DNA of 32,000 nt from Aciduliprofundum boonei T469. Its GTDB lineage: Archaea > Thermoplasmatota > Thermoplasmata > Thermoplasmatales > Aciduliprofundaceae. Positions 24,612 through 32,000 of the stretch are shown piece by piece. The notes under the pieces are model-generated. The model was not told the origin of the DNA and did no database searches. It worked only from the letters and a program-made list of their open reading frames with translations. Within the stretch, counting starts at the first letter, position 1; every line of letters starts with the position of its first letter. The DNA lies in the NCBI RefSeq assembly GCF_000025665.1, contig NC_013926.1, positions 1,440,001 through 1,472,000 on the forward strand. Reading direction: 5' to 3'. The position numbers and the translations under genes are program-made.

Positions 24612-26089
24612 CTCCCTCCCTCCTTTAAAAGTACCTTTACATCCCCTATACCTATTTCACTACCCTTACCTTTTAAGGTAATATTCCACATAGGTTGCTC
24701 ATACTCTCGAGCAAGTATAGCCGCTATTTTAACCCTACAGAAACCCCCTTGGCAGGTACCCGTTGTGGCTTTAGTTCTAAATTTTATTGAATCTATGCTT
24801 GGTACCTTAACTCCTATTTTCTTCATTCTCTCTATGGCCTCTAGGATATCCCCCTCACTGACTTTATTACATTTGCATATAATTCTTCCATAAGCGCCGT
24901 TATTTTTTATTTTTTCATTTATCTCTTTGGAAGAAAGCATAAAGAAATGAGTTATCTCTTTCCTATAAGGATTCCAATTTTTCTTCTCTCTTAGCTCTAT
25001 TCCCAAATCTCTTTCAATTATTTCCTTAACTTCCATAGCAATGGCAGGGGCAGCTGTCAACCCTGGGGAGCGTATGCCACCAACATTTATAAATCCATAA
25101 ACCTCCTCCGCTTTTATTATAAAATCAGCATTTTTTGTTTCAGGTCTCAATCCAGCAAAAGTTCTTATCACCTTGCCCCTAGGGGGTAATTTGGGCCATA
25201 GCAGTTTGGCTTTGTTCCACACCTCCTCAAGACCCTCCTTTGTATTGGACAAATCTTCCTTATCCTCCTGATCTCTGGCATTTGGGCCTATCATGAGATG
25301 TCCAGATACCTCTGTGGTGACAACAACTCCTTTTGTCTTTTTTGTGGGTGCGGGAAATAGCACATGCTCTGGCTTTGGACCGGCACTCTCGTCAAAAAGC
25401 CAGTACTCTCCTTTTCTAGGATAAATTTTAAAATAATCCAGGCCCGCCATTTTGGAAATCTCATCAGCGTACAAGCCAGCCGCATTTATTATTAAATCCC
25501 CTTCTATGAACCCATCTGGAACTTTAACACCCTTCACTGCCCCATTATCAACTTTGACTTCCTCAACAGGAGAATCAAAAATTATCTTTACTCCATTATC
25601 AACAGCATTCTCCGCTAAGGCAATAACCGCAGGAATTGGGGCTATTTGCCCAACACTAGGAATCCAGAGAGCCCCTTGCGAATTAGGGGATAAATTTAGT
25701 TCCATTTCTAAAAGTTCATCTCTATATATTATTCGTATATCTTTAACTCCATTTCTCTCTCCTCTTTTCAAGAGAATATCAAGCTCTTTCATCTCATCAT
25801 CATTCTTGGCAACTACCAAAGCTCCATTCCAAACAGATGGAATTTGAAGCTCTCTAACCCATTTTCGCCATATTTCATTTCCTCTAACACACAACTTTGC
25901 CCTTACAGGATACTTATCTGGATCGTCATCATAACCTCCATGAATTAAGGCAGTGTTTGCCTTGCTTACACCCCAGCCCACATCCGATTTTCTCTCTATC
26001 ACTGTAATTTTTAAATTATCATACTTGCTTAACTCTCTAGCAATACTCATTCCAGTTATTCCAGCACCTATTATTATGACCTTGTGCAT
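24608..26089 (-). CDS. FAD-dependent glycerol-3-phosphate-dehydrogenase-like oxidoreductase (GlpA-like) with C-terminal BFD-like [2Fe-2S] Cys motif
   Basis: DAO-type N-terminus VIIIGAGITGMSIARELS. C-terminal CKCNKVSEGDILEAI...TGTCQGGFC. GGTGA SD lies 5 nt upstream of the ATG. Confidence 0.8.
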   Translation of the reverse strand: MHKVIIIGAGITGMSIARELSKYDNLKITVIERKSDVGWGVSKANTALIHGGYDDDPDKYPVRAKLCVRGNEIWRKWVRELQIPSVWNGALVVAKNDDEMKELDILLKRGERNGVKDIRIIYRDELLEMELNLSPNSQGALWIPSVGQIAPIPAVIALAENAVDNGVKIIFDSPVEEVKVDNGAVKGVKVPDGFIEGDLIINAAGLYADEISKMAGLDYFKIYPRKGEYWLFDESAGPKPEHVLFPAPTKKTKGVVVTTEVSGHLMIGPNARDQEDKEDLSNTKEGLEEVWNKAKLLWPKLPPRGKVIRTFAGLRPETKNADFIIKAEEVYGFINVGGIRSPGLTAAPAIAMEVKEIIERDLGIELREKKNWNPYRKEITHFFMLSSKEINEKIKNNGAYGRIICKCNKVSEGDILEAIERMKKIGVKVPSIDSIKFRTKATTGTCQGGFCRVKIAAILAREYEQPMWNITLKGKGSEIGIGDVKVLLKEGGR

Positions 26090-26371
26090 TTAACTCACCT
26101 GAACATCGGAGTATTTCTTTGACTTATTAAATCATTTGCCAATTTAAATTACAAAAACAATATACTAAAGCATCCTATCAATAACTTGCCCATTTCTCCC
26201 CCCTTTTTGAGAGCTCCTATCTAGAAGCTTCTGCGTATCCCTTTACCTCTTGAAACCATTTTAAAAATTTTCTTTTGGGGTAAATGAGCATCGTGATATG
26301 CGAACACGCCCTGCTACGCAGGGCAGTGGCACTTTTCTTTTTAAGAAAAGGGCTCTAAGAAAGGGGCTTAA

Positions 26372-26456
26372 TGCGGGGGGCCGGATTCGAACCGGCGAAC
26401 CCCTACGGGAGTGGATCTTGAGTCCACCGCCTTTGACCTGGCTCGGCAACCCCCGC
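26372..26456 (-). tRNA. tRNA-Leu, anticodon CAA (class II, long variable arm)
   Basis: Reverse complement is GCGGGGGTTGCCGAGCCAGGTCAAAGGCGGTGGACTCAAGATCCACTCCCGTAGGGGTTCGCCGGTTCGAATCCGGCCCCCCGCA. It has a 7-bp acceptor, anticodon arm GTGGA-CTCAAGA-TCCAC, variable stem CCC-GTA-GGG and T-arm GCCGG-TTCGAAT-CCGGC. CCA is not encoded. Confidence 0.92.
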
Positions 26457-26541
26457 TCGGTTGGGAAATTGTCATTTAGGATTTAATTTTTTCTGGAGTA
26501 AAGCGTAAGTTATATATTTGGAATGGGCATTAGGCGCTATA

Positions 26542-27363
26542 ATGAAAGCATCTACTTACGCTATACTTGTAACGGTTATGGTTCTAGCAGGTGGTCTTGG
26601 GGCCTATTTCTGGGGCACTCAAGGTCACAGCTCTGAAAGCGTTCCAATAGTGAAACAAGGAGACACCATCTCTGTAAAATATTACGGCTACATTTATTAT
26701 GGTGGAGAGCGTAGAATTTTTGATACAAATATAGAGGAAGTTGCAAAGGACAATATCACCTATCCTAAAACTGTGAGCTTCAAATGGCGTAATGATTTTG
26801 AGCCTTTAACTTTCAAGGTTGGAGACCACACAATGATCCCTGGGTTCGAAAAGGGTGTAATAGGAATGAAGTTAAATGAGACAAAAACAATAGTTGTTCC
26901 TCCAAGCGAAGGTTATCCATTCGATTGGTCCAAAGTGCAGAATTATTCTTTAGTACAGACCATTCCCGTTATAGAGAATCTCTCTCTTCAAGATTTTAAG
27001 AAGAGATTTGGTCAGCAAAATCCACTTGATAATGCTGTGTATAGGGACAAAGTTCATGGTTGGAACTGCCTCATATTACAGATAGATGCCACAAAAGGTA
27101 TAGTCACGATACTTAACGAGCCAAATGTTGGTAAGTATTATCAACCATACAAAAATACAAGTTCCCTAAAAATATATGTGGAGAAAATCAAAGATGGAAA
27201 AATAACCTTCAAGTATGATATAGAGAGTCTACCCATTCTACTTCCAAACGGAGGCATAATTGACTGGAAAAACGATACAATGTTCAGAGTGAATCATAAC
27301 CAAGAAGTTGCAGGAAAAACCTTGTACTTTGTGGTCACGGTAATAAAGATAAAAGAATCTTAA
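26542..27363 (+). CDS. Membrane-anchored FKBP-type peptidyl-prolyl cis-trans isomerase with enlarged insert domain
   Basis: N-terminal hydrophobic anchor MKASTYAILVTVMVLAGGLGAYFWG. FKBP core VKQGDTISVKYYGY...FDTN...LTFKVGDHTMIPGFEKGVIGMKLNETKTIVVPPSEGYP, with the terminal strand VAGKTLYFVVTVIKI ~130 aa later. I prefer ATG 26542 over the track's TTG 26518. Confidence 0.8.
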   Translation: MKASTYAILVTVMVLAGGLGAYFWGTQGHSSESVPIVKQGDTISVKYYGYIYYGGERRIFDTNIEEVAKDNITYPKTVSFKWRNDFEPLTFKVGDHTMIPGFEKGVIGMKLNETKTIVVPPSEGYPFDWSKVQNYSLVQTIPVIENLSLQDFKKRFGQQNPLDNAVYRDKVHGWNCLILQIDATKGIVTILNEPNVGKYYQPYKNTSSLKIYVEKIKDGKITFKYDIESLPILLPNGGIIDWKNDTMFRVNHNQEVAGKTLYFVVTVIKIKES

Positions 27364-27779
27364 ATTTCTTCCACAAATTTTTTAAAATTGCTTATGGCTT
27401 TACCTTTTTTCATAGGATAACTTTCGAGCTTTGCATGCATTGCTATTGAGTCACCATGTATGGTCAGGGCTAGCTTTTCCAAGTACGCCTGCTGCTTATC
27501 AAACCTCAAGTATAGCATGCCTTGCTCATCCACAATTTCATCTAACATAGGGAGAATTTCATCAACGATTCCGTAATCTTTCATTCTCCTCCAGAATTCA
27601 ACAACTTCGTTTTTCTTTGTAATTTTTGTTTCAAGAATTATTATTTTATTTCCATAATAGCCCTTTTCTTCCCTCTCCTTAAAATTATCTTTTTGGGTTA
27701 TGAATTTAAATGCTTTTCTTACCTTATCAATATCCTCGGTTGCATGGGCAAAGCATCTAAAATAGATGTATTTGATCAT
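27360..27779 (-). CDS. DUF54/COG1325 RNA-binding protein (predicted exosome-associated subunit family)
   Basis: 139 aa starting MIKYIYFRCFAHATEDIDKVRKAF (the family's xHxTED-xxKV signature as I recall it). The upstream 94 codons of the 233-aa track ORF are antisense to the TrmB gene and are rejected. Confidence 0.6.
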   Translation of the reverse strand: MIKYIYFRCFAHATEDIDKVRKAFKFITQKDNFKEREEKGYYGNKIIILETKITKKNEVVEFWRRMKDYGIVDEILPMLDEIVDEQGMLYLRFDKQQAYLEKLALTIHGDSIAMHAKLESYPMKKGKAISNFKKFVEEI

Positions 27780-27797
27780 AAGGGTGAATGGAAGAAC

Positions 27798-27811
27798 ACA
27801 AATATATGTTT
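27798..27811. promoter_or_regulatory. Shared A/T-rich TATA-like block in the 46-nt spacer between the divergent DUF54 and TrmB-family genes
   Basis: Sequence ACAAATATATGTTT. Its centre is ~21 nt from the plus-strand ATG (27826) and ~26 nt from the minus-strand ATG (27779), the same geometry as the HIT/truA spacer. Confidence 0.4.
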
Positions 27812-27825
27812 CACTATTTTGGTTT

Positions 27826-28536
27826 ATGGACATGGATTCCGCTATTGAAGAGTATAAAAAAATTGTAGATAGCCTTGAAAAATTGGGATTATCCCAGTAT
27901 GAAATCAAGGCATTTCTTGCATTGATAATGCTCGGTGTAGGCTCTGCTGAGATCATTGCAAAAAACGCAAAGATTCCAAGAACTTCTGCATACAAGGTTC
28001 TTGATTCCCTGGAGGAAAAGGGATTCATCATATCCTCAGAAGGGAGACCAAAGATGTACAAGCCAGAAAACCTTCAAACTTTGAAAAATAGAATAATAGA
28101 AGAAATAGAAGAACTATTCGAAAAACTGCAATTTGTAGAAAGCATATTTATGGAGAAGGGCGAGCCACAACTTGTGTACACAGTATATGGCAAAGAGAAG
28201 GTTATGAAAAAAATCGCAGAGATGATTGATTTATCCGAGGAAGAGATAATAATATCCACGCCAAAAATATCAGAGCTTAGAAAATCTGTGGAAAAGAATA
28301 TTGAAAGGGCGCTTAAGAGAGGAGTAAGAATAATAGTTGTAACGCATCCAAATCAAAGAGTGCCTCCAGGAGTGATTGCATATAGAAAAAAAGGGCTTAT
28401 GGCCACGGATATAGTGTGTGATAATAAAAGCGCCTTACTTGCATCTCCCGAGCTAAACGCATGCGGATACACGGATAATCCCGCATTAGCACAGCATTTA
28501 ACACATTTCATAAACATACTCATTGAGAAGGAATAA
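27826..28536 (+). CDS. TrmB-family transcriptional regulator (N-terminal wHTH plus C-terminal TrmB_C-like domain)
   Basis: Sequence LEKLGLSQYEIKAFLALIMLGVGSAEIIAKNAKIPRTSAYKVLDSLEEKGFI. Start at ATG 27826 (or 27832). Confidence 0.8.
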   Translation: MDMDSAIEEYKKIVDSLEKLGLSQYEIKAFLALIMLGVGSAEIIAKNAKIPRTSAYKVLDSLEEKGFIISSEGRPKMYKPENLQTLKNRIIEEIEELFEKLQFVESIFMEKGEPQLVYTVYGKEKVMKKIAEMIDLSEEEIIISTPKISELRKSVEKNIERALKRGVRIIVVTHPNQRVPPGVIAYRKKGLMATDIVCDNKSALLASPELNACGYTDNPALAQHLTHFINILIEKE

Positions 28537-28591
28537 TGTCATCAAAAGTGATAATGATAAGTTTTAAATCATATGAATTTATTGATAATTT

Positions 28592-28939
28592 GTGGGCATT
28601 AAAATCCTGCTGGTGGATGATAACGAGGAATTGCTAAAGTTATACAGTATATTCTTGAAGAGGTACGAGGTAATAACGGCAAAGAATGGGAAGGAAGGGG
28701 TGGAATTGTATATGAAATATAATCCGGATCTTGTGATTATGGACATAAAAATGCCCGTGATGGACGGAATTGAAGCAACAAAGGCCATAAAGGAATACGA
28801 TAAAGATGCAAAGATAATTGGGGCAACTGCATACCATGATAAATACGCAGAGAAAATGTTAGAAGCAGGAGCTCTTGTGGTTATGAAAAAGCCATTTAAG
28901 TATAGAGAAATTTTAGATCTCATTGAGAAGTATATATGA
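28592..28939 (+). CDS. Stand-alone response-regulator receiver (CheY-like REC) domain protein
   Basis: ILLVDDNEE (acidic pair), VIMDIKMPVMDG (phospho-acceptor Asp), IGATAY (Thr), KKPF (Lys). GTG start: an in-frame TAA lies 6 nt upstream and there is no in-frame ATG near it. Confidence 0.8.
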   Translation: MGIKILLVDDNEELLKLYSIFLKRYEVITAKNGKEGVELYMKYNPDLVIMDIKMPVMDGIEATKAIKEYDKDAKIIGATAYHDKYAEKMLEAGALVVMKKPFKYREILDLIEKYI

Positions 28940-30278
28940 TTTTCCCATCTACTATTGTGAGCCATATTTTATCATCTTTCAAAACCACCAAATCTGCGAT
29001 ATTTCCCTCTTTTATTTCACCATACCTATTCCCAAAATATTTTGCACCATGGGTATACGCTCGTACCGCTTCATTCCAGCTTATCCTCTGGCTATCGTAC
29101 TTGCTATTCACGGCCATTTTTATCCCGTATAAGGGGTCCATGGGCATACAATCTGATCCAAATAGAAGATTCGCACCACTATCCAAAATATTCCGATATG
29201 GATTATTCCTGCCAAGCCATTCTTTCCCGAGCATTCTTTCATAGAGCCCTCCACTCTTTGCCCATTTTAGAAAATTCGGCTGCATACTCAACTCAATTCC
29301 TTTCAACTCTTCCAAATATTCTTGCCTAACTAACTCGAAATGCTCAATTCTATTTCCCTCGCCCCCTTTATATCCCCTCAAAACCTCATCTATAGCATAA
29401 TCTCCGATAGCATGGGTGAATACCCTTATCCCCTCTGAGTTTGCATTCTTTACAATTCTTCTTATCTTTCTAGCCGAGAGCATTGGTTTTACTTCCTCTC
29501 CATCCTTATAAAGTGTGGCCGCAGTTTTAGCACCAATGGAGCCATCTGCAAAGAGCTTTAGAGCACCTATTCTAAGATACTCGTCTCCAAACCCTGAGTA
29601 AAAACCAAGTTTTTTAATCAATTTGTAACCAGAGGAATAAAAATTAGCGTAAATTCTTATCTTTAACTTTCCCTCCCTATGCATTCGCATATAAGCTTTA
29701 AGAGTATCAACACTTGCAAAATCGTGCACACAAGCAATGCCCTTGCTCAAAGCATAATTCTGTGCGTATTCAAAATCAAATGTAGATCCTATTTTCAATT
29801 TTTTAATTATCCTTTCCAATTCTTTTTCTTTAACAATTCCCTCTTTTCCAACTGAAAAAATTTTGGAAGTGTAAGAATTGATAACCCCCATATGGCCATC
29901 TTCCCTGATTAGCAATACAATCTTATCGCTGCAAACATTGTCAATTTCCTCTTTTGTAATGTATTTTTTATCTTTCCAAAAACTCTCGTCCCAACCTCTG
30001 CCAATTACCATTTTCTTCTTTTTGCATTCTTCTTTGACCATGCCCAAAATCTCTTCTCTTCCCCTGTTCGTCAAATCCAAGGTTCCATGCATAAGTGCAA
30101 TATTACTCAAATGAGTGTGTGAATCGCAGAATGCCGGAATAATAAATGCTCCCTTCAAATCAATCTTCTTTGCCTCGTAGGGTAAATTTCCCTTACCCAG
30201 TTTCTCAATTCTATTGTCCCTTATGAGTATGTACTCATAATCCTCATTTCCGAATATGCGAGCGTTATAAAGGAGCAT
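28920..30278 (-). CDS. Metal-dependent amidohydrolase (Amidohydro_3 / YtcJ-like)
   Basis: N-terminal beta-sandwich plus metal motif PAFCDSHTHL. C-terminal GSDCMPMDP...GNIADLVVL. The 3' end overlaps the REC gene convergently by 20 nt. Confidence 0.8.
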   Translation of the reverse strand: MLLYNARIFGNEDYEYILIRDNRIEKLGKGNLPYEAKKIDLKGAFIIPAFCDSHTHLSNIALMHGTLDLTNRGREEILGMVKEECKKKKMVIGRGWDESFWKDKKYITKEEIDNVCSDKIVLLIREDGHMGVINSYTSKIFSVGKEGIVKEKELERIIKKLKIGSTFDFEYAQNYALSKGIACVHDFASVDTLKAYMRMHREGKLKIRIYANFYSSGYKLIKKLGFYSGFGDEYLRIGALKLFADGSIGAKTAATLYKDGEEVKPMLSARKIRRIVKNANSEGIRVFTHAIGDYAIDEVLRGYKGGEGNRIEHFELVRQEYLEELKGIELSMQPNFLKWAKSGGLYERMLGKEWLGRNNPYRNILDSGANLLFGSDCMPMDPLYGIKMAVNSKYDSQRISWNEAVRAYTHGAKYFGNRYGEIKEGNIADLVVLKDDKIWLTIVDGKIIYTSQ

Positions 30279-30346
30279 GGATAGACATTGAAATCTTCTA
30301 TAAAAATTATGAGTAAAGTTTATTTATCCTGTTTATATCCTTTTCT

Positions 30347-31699
30347 ATGCGCTTATTCGGCACAAACGGAATTCGAGGCAAGATTGGCGAAGAGTTCACT
30401 CCGGATTTCTTGGTTAATGTAGGCCGTGCAATTGGAACATATTTGCCCCTTGGCTCAGATGTGATACTTGGAACAGATACAAGGGTTTCTGCAAATATGG
30501 TGAAAGATGCTGTAATATCCGGACTTCTTTCAGCAGGGGTAAATGTTATAGACATAGGTATAGCTCCAACTCCCGCAATACAACTCTACACAAAGAGACA
30601 TGGGGATTTTGGAATCGCCATAACTGCAAGTCATAATCCTCCAGAATTCAATGGAGTAAAGGCGATAGCTTCAGATGGAACAGAACTGCCAAGGAGCGAG
30701 GAGGAGAAAATAGAGGAAATATATTTCTCAGGCCAATTCAGAAATGTGGAATGGAATAATGTTGGGAGTTATGAAATAAGAGAAGATGCAAATGAGGAGT
30801 ATGTAAATTCCATTCTTTCCCTAGTTGATACGAATAGGATAAAAGAAAAGCACTTCAAGGTGGTACTTGATTGCGCAAATGGTGCTTCCTGCTTTACATC
30901 TCCATATCTCCTCGAAAAGCTTGGGTGCAAGGTAATATCACTAAATTGCCAGCCAGATGGCAGGTTCCCTGGGCACAACAGCGAGCCAAAACCAGAAAAC
31001 TTGAAAGACCTTGTGGATATGGTTAAGGCTACAAATGCAGATTTAGGAATAGCTCATGATGGGGATGCTGACCGTGCCATATTTGTAGATGATAGAGGAA
31101 GATACCTGTATGGGGATAAAACCTTGGCCTTAGTTGCAAAGGAGATTGTAAAGGAAAGAAAGGGTATTGTAGTAACTCCAGTGAGCTCCTCTCTGGCTCT
31201 TGAAGATGTTGTTAAGAAGGAGGGGGGAGAGGTAGTGTATACAAAAGTAGGCGCTCCAATAGTGGCAAGGAAGATGATTGAACTTCATGCAATTTTCGGT
31301 GGAGAGGAGAACGGTGGACTAATATTCCCAGAGCATCAGTACTGCAGAGATGGAGCAATGGCCTTAGCTAAGATTCTTGAAATCTTGGCAAAGAAAGAGA
31401 AAAAATTGAGTGAACTTGCAGACGAACTTCCAAAATATAAGCAGATGAAAATAAGTGTGGCATGTGAGAACGAGAAAAAAGAGAAAGTGCTGGAAGAATT
31501 GAAAAAAAGAGTAATGGGAGAGAATGTAAATACATTGGACGGGATAAAAATTATGGGTAAGGACTGGTGGGTTTTAATCCGCCCCTCAGGTACGGAGCCA
31601 ATTTACAGGATTTATGCAGAGGCAAAGGATGAAAATATTTTAAAGAAGAAAGTTGAGAAGTATAAAGAAATATTAAAAAACATAATAAAAAGTGAGTAA
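30347..31699 (+). CDS. glmM: Archaeal phosphohexose mutase (phosphoglucosamine mutase / phosphomannomutase family)
   Basis: LFGTNGIRG N-terminus, active-site TASHNPPEFNGVK, metal loop AHDGDADR, RPSGTEP loop. Substrate specificity (GlcN vs Glc/Man) cannot be decided from sequence by eye. Confidence 0.85.
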   Translation: MRLFGTNGIRGKIGEEFTPDFLVNVGRAIGTYLPLGSDVILGTDTRVSANMVKDAVISGLLSAGVNVIDIGIAPTPAIQLYTKRHGDFGIAITASHNPPEFNGVKAIASDGTELPRSEEEKIEEIYFSGQFRNVEWNNVGSYEIREDANEEYVNSILSLVDTNRIKEKHFKVVLDCANGASCFTSPYLLEKLGCKVISLNCQPDGRFPGHNSEPKPENLKDLVDMVKATNADLGIAHDGDADRAIFVDDRGRYLYGDKTLALVAKEIVKERKGIVVTPVSSSLALEDVVKKEGGEVVYTKVGAPIVARKMIELHAIFGGEENGGLIFPEHQYCRDGAMALAKILEILAKKEKKLSELADELPKYKQMKISVACENEKKEKVLEELKKRVMGENVNTLDGIKIMGKDWWVLIRPSGTEPIYRIYAEAKDENILKKKVEKYKEILKNIIKSE

Positions 31700-31741
31700 T
31701 TTCAAAAAATTTAAGTCAAACCTATACCATATCCCCCCAAT

Positions 31742-32000
31742 ATGTGGCTTAGTTCAGTAACGAATGGCCCAGGCGCAATATACTTGATCGTGGGGCTTTT
31801 GATGATACTTGGGTTATTTTTTGGTTATCTTTTTAGGAGGGTTCACCTCACTGATGTCCTTGCATACTTATTTGCTGGTTTACTCTTAACCATTTTAGGA
31901 TTCAAAGCATCCACAACATTTTTCAATATCGTTACAGGAGCAACTTTGTCCTTTGTAGGATATATCGTGGGATTGAGTTTCTCTAGAAAATTTCTTAAGA
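31742..32000 (+). CDS. Cation:proton antiporter-like membrane protein, N-terminal fragment (runs off the window)
   Basis: ATG 31742 lies ~26 nt after an AAAAAATTTAAG TATA-like element. Open frame to the window end: MWLSSVTNGPGAIYLIVGLLMILGLFFGYLFRRVHLTDVLAYLFAGLLLTILG..., resembling CPA-type Na+/H+ or K+/H+ exchanger N-termini. Confidence 0.5.
   Translation, partial: MWLSSVTNGPGAIYLIVGLLMILGLFFGYLFRRVHLTDVLAYLFAGLLLTILGFKASTTFFNIVTGATLSFVGYIVGLSFSRKFLK

Noticed and set aside
26149-26193. 14-codon micro-ORF (MGKLLIGCFSILFL) preceded by a GGGGGGAG run upstream of the GlpA-like gene; also a 24-codon plus-strand micro-ORF at ~26284-26358
   Set aside because: They are too short to evaluate, the SD spacing is poor (2-3 nt), no promoter is evident and nothing can be checked by eye. 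They are left as part of the unexplained-gap finding rather than called as genes.
26261-26486. Two 62-aa ORFs (26261-26449 minus, 26298-26486 plus)
   Set aside because: Both are read through tRNA-Leu(CAA). The Gly/Arg/Pro-rich translations simply reflect the GC-rich tRNA sequence.
27780-28061. N-terminal 94 codons of the 233-aa minus-strand ORF (27360-28061)
   Set aside because: This part is antisense to the wHTH domain of the TrmB-family gene and has no family resemblance. The recognisable DUF54 domain begins at the internal ATG 27779, which has a proper TATA-like element ~26 nt upstream.
28537-28591. Possible C/D-box sRNA (UUGAUGA near-match to box C on the minus strand; GTGATAATGATAA on plus)
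   Set aside because: No CUGA D box at an appropriate distance, no terminal stem and no C'/D' pair. More simply this is the A/T-rich promoter region of the REC gene.
1-32000. Searched by eye for CRISPR repeats, IS or transposon ends, integrase/recombinase genes, toxin-antitoxin pairs, restriction-modification or other defence genes, rRNA, RNase P or SRP RNA
   Set aside because: None found. Every ORF over 60 aa that is not a shadow ORF has a plausible housekeeping or metabolic assignment, and non-coding space totals only about 1 kb.

Overview
AT-rich, very gene-dense archaeal (euryarchaeal-type) core-genome window. From ~16,664 down to 785 on the minus strand there is one uninterrupted same-strand array. 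It starts with a TATA box and a structured GC-rich leader. The genes then run rpl3-rpl4-rpl23-rpl2-rps19-rpl22-rps3-rpl29-rnp1(RNase P Rpp29)-rps17-rpl14-rpl24-rps4e-rpl5-rps14-rps8-rpl6-rpl32e-rpl19e-rpl18-rps5-rpl30-rpl15-secY-adk-DUF106/EMC3-like-cmk-cbf5, followed 8 nt later by tRNA-Arg(TCG). Gaps are <=11 nt or the genes overlap, and internal genes carry a GAGGTGA-type Shine-Dalgarno. The rest of the window holds housekeeping and metabolic genes:
- urocanase (hutU)
- a YhbY/CRM-like RNA-binding protein
- a HIT-family protein
- truA
- an ArsR-type regulator
- YjbQ and a GYD-like protein
- an S9 peptidase
- a GlpA-like / NOX-like / DUF1667 oxidoreductase trio
- tRNA-Leu(CAA)
- a membrane-anchored FKBP
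- a DUF54 RNA-binding protein
- a TrmB-family regulator
- a stand-alone receiver domain
- an amidohydrolase
- an archaeal phosphohexose mutase
- the 5' end of a cation/proton antiporter-like gene

I found no CRISPR array, no mobile element, no integrase/transposase, no toxin-antitoxin or defence-like gene set and no long repeats. I do not see evidence for a novel multi-gene system here. The signals that annotation does not explain are modest:
1. a ~74-nt three-way-junction RNA fold between the promoter and the SD of rpl3 (candidate ribosomal-protein leader)
2. an enlarged SecY with two extra predicted N-terminal TM helices
3. a signal-anchored FKBP with an oversized insert domain and six N-glycosylation sequons
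4. a recurring 46-57-nt head-to-head promoter geometry consistent with leaderless transcripts
5. a 71-nt out-of-frame rps3/rpl29 overlap
6. a 282-nt hairpin-containing non-coding gap next to tRNA-Leu

All family calls come from reading the translations and from remembered motifs; no searches were run.
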